Positions 19,036 to 27,170 of a DNA stretch of 64,000 nucleotides are shown piece by piece. Made by a program: the position numbers and the translations under genes. Location: the NCBI GenBank assembly GCA_963716205.1, contig OY970290.1, positions 239,417-303,416 of the forward strand, in the 5' to 3' direction. How positions within the stretch are numbered: position 1 is the first letter of the stretch; each line of letters starts with the position of its first letter. The notes below the pieces were generated by a model. The model was not told where the DNA came from, searched no databases, and worked only from the letters and a program-made list of their open reading frames with translations. The stretch comes from an uncultured bacterium. Its GTDB lineage: Bacteria > Patescibacteriota > Minisyncoccia > Phycocordibacterales > GWA1-40-21.

Positions 19036-20049
19036 ATGGCATACTCCAGCGACGAAATTATTAAAAGAGAGATTCTAGATACCCTTGGTTATGAAACCAA
19101 TGGGATTAAACTTCGCATCTTTCCACAAAGCAGTAACGAAGATCAAAAGCCATTTTCAGAGGGCGGTCTTACTTTTGGGTTTAAAGGTGTTTCTTATGGT
19201 TCGTGTGATGCCGCATGGTATGTGGACGAAAAATGGGTAGACGGATTGAATGGCAAAGAAATAAACAAAAAGCCAGTGATTGCACTCGAAGGTACTGATG
19301 CTTTAAGTAGGAACTCGGCAGGCAATGCTCTCTATCAGCGATTTCATCATGCACTCGGTGGGGTAAAAAACGGCATCATTGGTGTTTATTATTTGAAAAA
19401 AGGCACTCAAAAAATCCAGCCAGACCTCTACGGCATGGCCTACTTTGCATCTAAGGTGGAAAAAGGAAAATATCTAATCACAGATGATCTCTCCGTCGTT
19501 AAGGATTTGCTGGATCGCTATCACAAACCCGCAGAATTTTCTGCTTACGTCAAAGCTTATTTGGAAAAGATGCACAAGATTTTTATAACTAAATTCAATG
19601 CCGCCTATGGTGGAGATTGGAAAAGGTTTGCAGAGCATCGATCGACAATCATACAAAACGACTACGTTATTAAATATGCTGGCCGAATGAGAAGAAATTT
19701 CACTGACGGATCACAGCGTGCAGGGCATATTGCTGTCGGTGAGATGTTTCTTACCAAATACTATTTTTACGATAAAATGTTTTACTATCTTTTTCCGAAA
19801 ATGACACATAATGATTTGGAGGTTCTTGATCACAATAAAACCACGGACAAAGAGTGGTTCCTTTTGCGAAATGAGCCTAACGTTGAAATAAAGACTATGG
19901 ACGATATTGCCGGACTTAGTCAGTCAACCCGAGAAGCGCTTTTGAGTATCCAAGATACCCCTCTCAAGGGAGAGGCTATGCGCACTTTTAATAAATGCAT
20001 GAAAACCATTGTCGAGGGATTTAAGTCTGGCAAGTTGAAGCTGAAATAA
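19036..20049 (+). CDS. Putative restriction endonuclease subunit B
   Basis: CDAAW...IALEGT...QRFHH; same operon. Confidence 0.6.
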   Translation: MAYSSDEIIKREILDTLGYETNGIKLRIFPQSSNEDQKPFSEGGLTFGFKGVSYGSCDAAWYVDEKWVDGLNGKEINKKPVIALEGTDALSRNSAGNALYQRFHHALGGVKNGIIGVYYLKKGTQKIQPDLYGMAYFASKVEKGKYLITDDLSVVKDLLDRYHKPAEFSAYVKAYLEKMHKIFITKFNAAYGGDWKRFAEHRSTIIQNDYVIKYAGRMRRNFTDGSQRAGHIAVGEMFLTKYYFYDKMFYYLFPKMTHNDLEVLDHNKTTDKEWFLLRNEPNVEIKTMDDIAGLSQSTREALLSIQDTPLKGEAMRTFNKCMKTIVEGFKSGKLKLK

Positions 20050-20072
20050 TTGTAAAGTTAGTACGAAATCCT

Positions 20073-22451
20073 ATGAAAATTCGTAAAATCAAATCGATAA
20101 AGAACTACAAATCATTTACGGATTTTGAGTGGCAAAAGTTTTGCAAGAATAAAGATGGCCAAGAATCCATACTACAAAATTTTACTACTATTTTTGGCGA
20201 GAACGGATCAGGAAAATCTTCCGTCTGTGATATTTTAAAAAGCGTTTCTCAGTATCAGGACTTTCAAAATACTCCACCGGCTTTGACCGAAATAGAGCTG
20301 AATGATGGTAGTAATAATCAAATTCATAAATATGAAAACGGGGGATGGCTAACCCAAGTCGAGAAAAATTCGTTTCTATTTTTCGATGTTGATTTTATCA
20401 ATGCGAATGTTCATACACATGGTATTAGGTCAAGTAATCAGCAACAAGGCGCGCACACACAAAAAGCGGGTAAGCTAATAATTGATTTAGATGAACAGGC
20501 GAACAGTCTCAAAGAGATAGTTAAGACAAACCAAGACGCATTGGAAACACAAAAGATTATTAGCAAAGATATCTTAGGACAATCATTTACAGATAAAGAT
20601 AAAGAACTTTTCGAAATATATAAGGATGATGATGAAAAAACAAAACAAGAAAAACTTTCCAAAGCAGAAGAAGAACTAAAAACACTTGAAGAGGGATTAA
20701 CAAACCTTGAAAAGGTTAATAAAAAGTATAACGAAATAAATCTCATATCGGCAGTTGATCAAATAGCATTTTCTAATGATTTTTCTTCAAAAGAATTTTT
20801 CACTGAATTGTTTACCCGTCAAATAAAAGAAAAGGCACAAGATGATGCAGACGAGAAGATAAAAACGCATTTTGCAAAGCACAAACAGTTTATTGAGTCC
20901 GCCAAAGACCAAATACCCGAAAAATACAGCGACGAAAACTGTCCCCTTTGTATGCAACCGCTCAAAAACGCTATAAAAGTTATTGAGTACTACAGAACCG
21001 TCTTTGATCAAACCTATGAAAATGCTAAACAAAAATTTTTGGCCGACATTGAAACCGCAAAAAGCGAATTGGAAATAATAAAGTCAAACCTGAATTTATT
21101 GCCCTCTAAGGCAAATGAAGTATTTGACGCACTGGAAAAAATAAAAACAGATTTTGAAATCAAAGACATTTACAAGCTTGATGAAAAAACAAAATATACT
21201 GAAAAGTTTAGTGGTATTACCATAAAAGAAATTGATGATTCGCTCATGGCGTTAGAATCTCTGAAAAAAATTGAACGAAAGCAAGTGGAAATAGCAAATC
21301 TCTATGACGTGATCGCCGCAAAGCTTGTAAAAATCGTAAAATCAGTTGAGGGCATCAACGAACTTATTGCCGAAAAAAATAAATTGATAAGTGATTTCAA
21401 AAGTAAATATTCTGATCAAACCAAAATCACGGATGAACTACAGGAGAAAAATAAAAAGCAAATAGACTTGAACCAGTTAGTAGATTTTTTGAAAAGCGAA
21501 AAAATAAAACTCATAAAACTTCAAAACGATGCTTCTGCCAAAGAGAAAACATTATCGGAAAAATTGAAAAAGACACAGGAGGATTTGAAAACATATCTTG
21601 CCAAAACAATTCCAGAGAGTGTTATTTCACAAATGATAATTATTCTTAATAAGTTTAATTTGGGCTTCACCCTTGAACATATCAAACCCGCAGCCAATAC
21701 AAAGGAATATTCTTTTTCGTTCAAAATTACTGATCTAAAAGGAAATGAACGAGAAATGAAGGATGGATTATCAGAAGGTGAGAGACAGCTAATTTCTCTT
21801 GCCTTCTTCTTTGCGATTAATGAAAATTTGCAGAGCAAGGATCAAACCGTCTTAATTTTTGATGATCCGATAACAAGCTTAGACTCGCCAAACTTAAAAA
21901 TTCTTGCAGAGTTGATACACAAGGAGACTCAGGAATTTTCTCAGGTTATAGTTTTTACTCACCATCCACTATTTTTTAAGTATTTAGCAAAATGTGTAAA
22001 TCCAAATCCAAGCAAGTTTGGCGTTTTAAAGAATGTAGAAAAATTCGGTGGAAGTTTTATCTTTGTTGACCCTGGATTTGATTTGACCTCTGAAATCCAA
22101 AAATGCAATCAAGAAATTACTCAAAATGCCAAAAACGGTGATCTAAAACCAGAGGAAATTGCCTTAAAATATGGACAACTTTTACGATTGGCAGTTGAAA
22201 AATTTATCAAAAATGACTTACTGATGTGGGATAAGGAAAATAACTTTGATGGCATAACAGAAAATTTGAAACAAGGAAAAAATAAAATAGCTAAACTTTC
22301 CGATGACGATTTGGAAGTGATAACAAATATGTATAAATATTGTAATTACTCCAATCTCTTACACGCTGATAAGGAAACACCTTCCGCACTTTCTGAACTA
22401 ATGACACACATTGATAAATTTGATCAAATCTTGGATAAAGTGAAGGTTTAA
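20073..22451 (+). CDS. AAA_13 / RloC-like SMC-type ATPase with zinc hook
   Basis: GENGSGKS, CPLC hook in coiled coil, LSEGE, FDDPITSLD, THH; C-terminal LRLAVE...SNLLH (HEPN-like). Confidence 0.8.
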   Translation: MKIRKIKSIKNYKSFTDFEWQKFCKNKDGQESILQNFTTIFGENGSGKSSVCDILKSVSQYQDFQNTPPALTEIELNDGSNNQIHKYENGGWLTQVEKNSFLFFDVDFINANVHTHGIRSSNQQQGAHTQKAGKLIIDLDEQANSLKEIVKTNQDALETQKIISKDILGQSFTDKDKELFEIYKDDDEKTKQEKLSKAEEELKTLEEGLTNLEKVNKKYNEINLISAVDQIAFSNDFSSKEFFTELFTRQIKEKAQDDADEKIKTHFAKHKQFIESAKDQIPEKYSDENCPLCMQPLKNAIKVIEYYRTVFDQTYENAKQKFLADIETAKSELEIIKSNLNLLPSKANEVFDALEKIKTDFEIKDIYKLDEKTKYTEKFSGITIKEIDDSLMALESLKKIERKQVEIANLYDVIAAKLVKIVKSVEGINELIAEKNKLISDFKSKYSDQTKITDELQEKNKKQIDLNQLVDFLKSEKIKLIKLQNDASAKEKTLSEKLKKTQEDLKTYLAKTIPESVISQMIIILNKFNLGFTLEHIKPAANTKEYSFSFKITDLKGNEREMKDGLSEGERQLISLAFFFAINENLQSKDQTVLIFDDPITSLDSPNLKILAELIHKETQEFSQVIVFTHHPLFFKYLAKCVNPNPSKFGVLKNVEKFGGSFIFVDPGFDLTSEIQKCNQEITQNAKNGDLKPEEIALKYGQLLRLAVEKFIKNDLLMWDKENNFDGITENLKQGKNKIAKLSDDDLEVITNMYKYCNYSNLLHADKETPSALSELMTHIDKFDQILDKVKV

Positions 22452-22494
22452 TAATGGCCTTAGACTGTCACACTTTTGGAGCGGCGTTTACACA

Positions 22495-22611
22495 TCAAGC
22501 AACCGATTTTTCTTTTTCAGGAAAGTCAGGTATGTTTAAAGAGACGTGAAATTCCCAGAATTCCCTAAGACTTTTGAAAATTAGGTTCCAATTCTGTAAG
22601 GTGTGGTCCAC
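22495..22611 (-). other. attP-type arm encoding alternative tail VDHTLQNWNLIFKSLREFWEFHVSLNIPDFPEKEKSVA*
   Basis: In frame with the core; would join LSR2 on circularisation of the 15-kb unit. Confidence 0.85.
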
Positions 22612-22750
22612 TCTGGTGAACATTGGAGGCAGAAATGCCTCTTTTGTCTTTTAAAGATTAGCTATCTTGATGGTTTAAAGAAAAAATTTTTCTAAAAAAC
22701 AGACGGCTCTAATTATGGATAGAAATTAATGACCCAAGGCGACTCGAACC
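22612..22750. repeat. Cassette left end: LSR1-like 3' coding remnant, hairpin and inverted T-arm motif
   Basis: GAGGCAGAAATGCCTCTTTTGTCTT shared with 1318 and 24023; ACGGCTCTAATTATGGATA shared with the 24009-24147 copy. Confidence 0.8.
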
Positions 22751-22855
22751 GATAACGAAAGTTAGCTGTATTTTGTTTCTTTCGTTCATACCAGACCTCC
22801 CATCATTGACAAATCCCTACTAAATGTAATCATTCCTTTATTAATAAAACTAATC

Positions 22856-23881
22856 ATGGAAGGAAAAACTCATTTTGAAAATATTGTAGGTGGAACACAA
22901 GAAGAGAAAAATGAGATTTTGTATGAATTACAAAAGACTTTTGAAACTCGTTCAGAAAAGCTTACAAAATATGAACTAGAAAAAACTATAGAAGATATAG
23001 GGCTTATTAAAAATACGGAATTGGTTGTAGATAAAATTGTGAGTCAATATGGAGGCAAACCGAAATCAATATCACTTGATCATATATATATCCTCAAGCC
23101 GGGGTCGGTGCTCGAAATGACCGAGGGAAAATTAGCAAGGGGTCTTCACCAGCCAGTAGGGCTTAATATTGGTGTTGAGAAGAAAGAATCAAAATTATTA
23201 TTTGCAAGTACTATTGCACATGAACTTTTTCATCTGAAATCTTACAAATCTGCACGTAAAGGAGAATCGGTTGATGACATAAGATTATACAGAACTGGAC
23301 TTTCAATGATTGACATCAAGGATGAGTCAAAAAAGGCTGGCGAAGAAAAAGAATATTTTTCTCAACTAGAGGAAGCTGTTGTGGTTGAATGCACTAGAAA
23401 ATTTCTTGATAACATCAGTATGGATAAGGAATTTAGACCAGAAACAGAGGCAATTAAAAAAATCAAAAATTGGGTTACTGAATTTTATAAAAGACGAGGA
23501 ATATCTCAAGATAAAATAGAAGAATTTAATGATGAGATAAAATATATATCAGATCCAGAGAAGTGGGTTTCGGACGTAGAAAATGCATACACTGAAGAAA
23601 ATAGAAAGCAGGCATATGCAGCAGGAATGTTTGAGTCACTTTATAAAAATGGTTCCGCAGAATCTATGGAAAGATATACAGAAAGAAAAAAACTATATGA
23701 TCTTCTTGATAAATTAGTTTTAGAATCCAATAGAAAATATAAAAATCGTAATGAATTATTTGACGAGTTTGCAAAAGCAAATTTTTCTGGTAATTATCTG
23801 CCGTTGGCGAAAATAATTGAGAGTATTTTAGGAAAAGGGTCATTCAGAAAAATAGCAGAAGATTTTAGTAATAAATCTTAA
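22856..23881 (+). CDS. HExxH-containing hypothetical protein (cassette cargo)
   Basis: IAHELFH motif and downstream LEE; sole gene of the 1397-bp unit. Confidence 0.8.
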   Translation: MEGKTHFENIVGGTQEEKNEILYELQKTFETRSEKLTKYELEKTIEDIGLIKNTELVVDKIVSQYGGKPKSISLDHIYILKPGSVLEMTEGKLARGLHQPVGLNIGVEKKESKLLFASTIAHELFHLKSYKSARKGESVDDIRLYRTGLSMIDIKDESKKAGEEKEYFSQLEEAVVVECTRKFLDNISMDKEFRPETEAIKKIKNWVTEFYKRRGISQDKIEEFNDEIKYISDPEKWVSDVENAYTEENRKQAYAAGMFESLYKNGSAESMERYTERKKLYDLLDKLVLESNRKYKNRNELFDEFAKANFSGNYLPLAKIIESILGKGSFRKIAEDFSNKS

Positions 23882-23891
23882 AACATAATGA

Positions 23892-24008
23892 TTAAGCAGC
23901 CGATTTTTCTTTTTCAGGAAAATCTGGTATGTCTACAGAATCGTGAAATTCCTGGAATGCCTTGATGCTCTCGTATATTTGATTCCAATTTCGTAAGATG
24001 AGGTCCAC
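23892..24008 (-). other. attP-type arm encoding alternative tail VDLILRNWNQIYESIKAFQEFHDSVDIPDFPEKEKSAA*
   Basis: In frame with the core; same length as the tail at 22495. Confidence 0.85.
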
Positions 24009-24147
24009 CCAAGCTGACAAAAGAGGCAGAAATGCCTCTTTTGTCTTGTAAGGGCTAGCTATCTTGGTATTTCCAAAATAATTTTTCTCTAAATATCCAA
24101 CGGCTCTAATTATGGATATAGATTAATGACCCTACACGACTCGAACC
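24009..24147. repeat. Cassette left end: LSR1-like remnant (FGNTKIASPYKTKEAFLPLLSAW on minus strand), 13-bp hairpin and inverted T-arm motif
   Basis: Aligns to LSR1 FGTPEIASLYKTKEAFLPLKSAK. Confidence 0.85.
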
Positions 24148-24236
24148 AATTTTGATAATTTTTTAGACAGTGTTACGCTATAGGAACAGATGTTATTTTT
24201 AGTTTTGGTATGAATCAGTATTAATTAAATAATAAA

Positions 24237-25283
24237 ATGTTCAATTTTTTACATAAAATTATATCAGCCATAGGTACTGCGATTGTTTCCGTAGGATTGC
24301 TTTTCACTGGGACGCACATATCAACCAAAATTCCTAATACACCTCTCGTAAGTACTTCCACTTCCCAAGTTGAAGTTGTAAGCACAAGCACAATAGTAAA
24401 TACAGGTTCTATAACTAAACCTTCTCCAGTTCAAACACCAACAATTGTGCAACCTCTAATCGTCTCTTGCAGTGCAGATATGGCAAATGCTTCTCCCGGA
24501 CAAACTATTATATGGACTGCACAAACATCAGGAGGTAATGGTAGTCATTCTTATACTTGGGCAGGGGATGGCGGTTTATCTAGTACCAATCAATCGCCAA
24601 CTATTTCCTGGTCATATAATTCTACGGGGATTATGAATGCGAGAGTGAGTGTGACTTCTGGAACACAAACAGTGAATGCTAACTGTAAAAATTCTGTTAT
24701 AGTCACTCAAGTAGAATCAGCACAAAACAATAATCAGAATCAAGTCCAAGCTCAAACAAATTCTCAAGAACAAGCTATCCAAAGTGTTATCACTGCTTAT
24801 ACACAAAAAGAAGGATCTATTCAGCAAGAAATTGATGATGTGCAAGGTCAAATGCAAGAATCACAAAATAATAATTGTTCTAATAATATTGGAGAAGGTG
24901 AGGGCGCACTTGAATGCACTGCAAGTGCTGAAGAGATAACAGCCAATGAAAGTTATGTTAGTAATTTACAGACACAAAATGGAATTTTACAAAAAGTTCA
25001 AGTAGAATTACAAAATGATATTTCCCAGGAGGTATCTCTGACTCAAGATCAGATTGATTCATATATGCAAAATATAACTATTCTTGGTCAAATTGATACA
25101 CTTGAACAACAAATCACTGCATTAAAAATAAAAAGTATCGGTGAGATAATGGGATATGAAACAAGTGGAGGTACAGAAGCTGTTGCTGAAGGTGAAGCAA
25201 ATTTGATAACGACACAAGAAAATGCACAGATTGATTCATTAAATTCACAGATTCAGGTTTTAGCTGCTGAACTGGTTCAATAA
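24237..25283 (+). CDS. Secreted or anchored protein with a PKD/Ig-like domain and Gln-rich coiled coil (cassette cargo)
   Basis: N-terminal hydrophobic anchor, S/T/P linker, SGGNGSHSYTW. Confidence 0.75.
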   Translation: MFNFLHKIISAIGTAIVSVGLLFTGTHISTKIPNTPLVSTSTSQVEVVSTSTIVNTGSITKPSPVQTPTIVQPLIVSCSADMANASPGQTIIWTAQTSGGNGSHSYTWAGDGGLSSTNQSPTISWSYNSTGIMNARVSVTSGTQTVNANCKNSVIVTQVESAQNNNQNQVQAQTNSQEQAIQSVITAYTQKEGSIQQEIDDVQGQMQESQNNNCSNNIGEGEGALECTASAEEITANESYVSNLQTQNGILQKVQVELQNDISQEVSLTQDQIDSYMQNITILGQIDTLEQQITALKIKSIGEIMGYETSGGTEAVAEGEANLITTQENAQIDSLNSQIQVLAAELVQ

Positions 25284-25303
25284 AAATTGGCTCAAGAAGC
25301 TAG

Positions 25304-25387
25304 TTAATCTTCAAGGGAACTATGAAATTCCCAGAACGCCTCTAGGCTTTCGTATATTGGGTTCCAATTCCGTATAATGAGGTCCAC
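25304..25387 (-). other. attP-type arm encoding a shortened tail VDLIIRNWNPIYESLEAFWEFHSSLED*
   Basis: Homologous to the tails at 22495 and 23892 but lacks the last 11 residues. Confidence 0.75.
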
Positions 25388-25466
25388 CAACGACGATGAA
25401 TTTTGTAAGACAAGGTCCACACAGAGTTTTTTATTTTATCGGAATATGTTAGAGTAGCAAACGCCT

Positions 25467-25537
25467 GGGCCTATAGTATAGTGGTAGCACGCGTCATTCG
25501 CATTGACGAGACGGCAGTCCGATTCTGCCTAGGTCCA
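25467..25537 (+). tRNA. tRNA-Ala(CGC)
   Basis: GGGCCTA/TAGGTCC acceptor with G3:U70; CGTCA-TT CGC AT-TGACG; T loop TCCGATT. Confidence 0.9.
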
Positions 25538-25575
25538 CAAAAGCAGAAAATCTAAACTGCTTGATAAATAAATTT

Positions 25576-25647
25576 CGGAGCGTGGTGTAACGGTAACATG
25601 CATGATTCGGGTTCATGTGACTCCGGGTTCAAATCCCGGCGCTCCGA
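25576..25647 (+). tRNA. tRNA-Pro(CGG)
   Basis: CGGAGCG/CGCTCCG acceptor; CATGA-TT CGG GT-TCATG; CCGGG-TTCAAAT-CCCGG. Confidence 0.93.
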
Positions 25648-25693
25648 CAAATGATTTTCAAATTTGGAAAAAATCCTGTATAATCACACAGAG

Positions 25694-27166
25694 ATGAAAA
25701 ATTTCTTTTCAAAAATAAAAATGTTTGCGCAGAAAAATAAATGGTGGACTGCGCTTATTTTTCTTGTCATTATCATCATACTTTTCATGATTTTCGGCAA
25801 GAAAAAATCTTCCGGACTGGAAACGGTGACAGTAGAGAAGCACGATATCACTCAAGTTGTCAGTGCCACGGGAAATGTCACTCCGCTTTCAGATCTTGAT
25901 CTTGCATTTCAGGCAAGCGGACAAGTCTCGCAGGTTGCGGTAGCTGTAGGCGATACCGTGTATCAAGGAGAATATCTCGCTTCGCTTTCAAATGCCGATC
26001 TTTCCGCTGCTCTCGAACAAGCAAAAGCCGGATTGCAGATTGAACAAGCAAAACTTGCCGACATGCAAAATGGAACTCCGCCGGAAGAATTGGCAGTTGC
26101 GCAGAATTCTTTGGATAACAGCATCACGAGCGCTTATACGACCTGTGATAATGCCATACACAATGATATCGATCAAATGTTTGAGAATCCGAAAACTCCA
26201 TCAGCCAAGATCATCATTCCGATGAATAATTTTCAACTGCAAAATACTATCGACAACGATCGATATACCATTGAACTGACGCTTACTGATTGGAATGCAA
26301 GCACTTCAGTTTCCGCGACATCAGCACTTGCTTCAATTGATGCAATAAAAAGTTTTGTTGATGAGATCGCTCTCGCACTCAATGAATCTTTGGGAGATTC
26401 AAGTATTTCGCAAGGAACAATTGATTCATATAAAACTATTGTTTCTGCTGACCGCGCAGCCATAGATCTTGCTCGTTCGAATATCACAACAGCAGAGGCA
26501 AATTATAATCTTGAACTCGCCGGCAACACTCCGGACTCCATCGCGGCGCAGCAAGCTGCGGTAGCGCAGGCGCAGGCAAATATTGATGCGGCACAGGCGC
26601 AACTCGATAAATCAATCATCTATTCACCGATCGACGGTGTCATTACAAATGTAAATGCAAAAGTCGGGGAGACGATGCAGCAGGGCGATGCCGCCATTTC
26701 CGTCATTTCATACGGACAATATGATATCGAATCGTATGTTCCGGAAGCCGATATCGCAAAAGTAAAAATCGGCGATCCTGCCACGACTACACTTGATGCT
26801 TATGGTTCCGATACTTTTTTCCCGACATCCGTCATTAAGATCGATCCGGGAGAGACAATTCTCGAAGATGTGCCGACATACAAAGTCACTTTGGCTTTTG
26901 CTTCAACTTCCGATCCGAGAATCAAATCCGGAATGACAGCGAATCTGGATATTCTGACCGATCAAAAAAATGATGTGCTTGCCGTTCCATCAAGATCCGT
27001 GTATGAAGATGGCACCCAGGAATACGTAGAGCTGATTGATCCTGCAAATCAAAAAAATACAATACAAACAGCGATCACGGTAGGCATACGCGGCGTCGAC
27101 GGATATGAGGAAATAGTTTCCGGTCTCAAAGAAGGCGATGTGATTCTCGCTTCGCCAAACATGTAA
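25694..27166 (+). CDS. MacA-like efflux membrane-fusion adaptor
   Basis: N-terminal TM, lipoyl halves (GQVSQVAVAVGD, SPIDGVI), KSGMTA. Confidence 0.88.
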   Translation: MKNFFSKIKMFAQKNKWWTALIFLVIIIILFMIFGKKKSSGLETVTVEKHDITQVVSATGNVTPLSDLDLAFQASGQVSQVAVAVGDTVYQGEYLASLSNADLSAALEQAKAGLQIEQAKLADMQNGTPPEELAVAQNSLDNSITSAYTTCDNAIHNDIDQMFENPKTPSAKIIIPMNNFQLQNTIDNDRYTIELTLTDWNASTSVSATSALASIDAIKSFVDEIALALNESLGDSSISQGTIDSYKTIVSADRAAIDLARSNITTAEANYNLELAGNTPDSIAAQQAAVAQAQANIDAAQAQLDKSIIYSPIDGVITNVNAKVGETMQQGDAAISVISYGQYDIESYVPEADIAKVKIGDPATTTLDAYGSDTFFPTSVIKIDPGETILEDVPTYKVTLAFASTSDPRIKSGMTANLDILTDQKNDVLAVPSRSVYEDGTQEYVELIDPANQKNTIQTAITVGIRGVDGYEEIVSGLKEGDVILASPNM

Positions 27167-27170
27167 AAAC

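Larger units (their letters stand above)
7572..25420. mobile_element. Tandem integrated array 2 at tRNA-Ala(GGC): units of 15033, 1397, 1379 and 33 bp
   Basis: GGTCCAC core at 7572, 22605, 24002, 25381 and 25414, with conserved flanking arms. Confidence 0.85.

Noticed and set aside
2578-25420. Recurrent ...GATGAGGTCCAC repeats as a CRISPR array
   Set aside because: Spacing is mostly 1-15 kb, copies are degenerate and there are no cas genes; they are better explained as att junctions.
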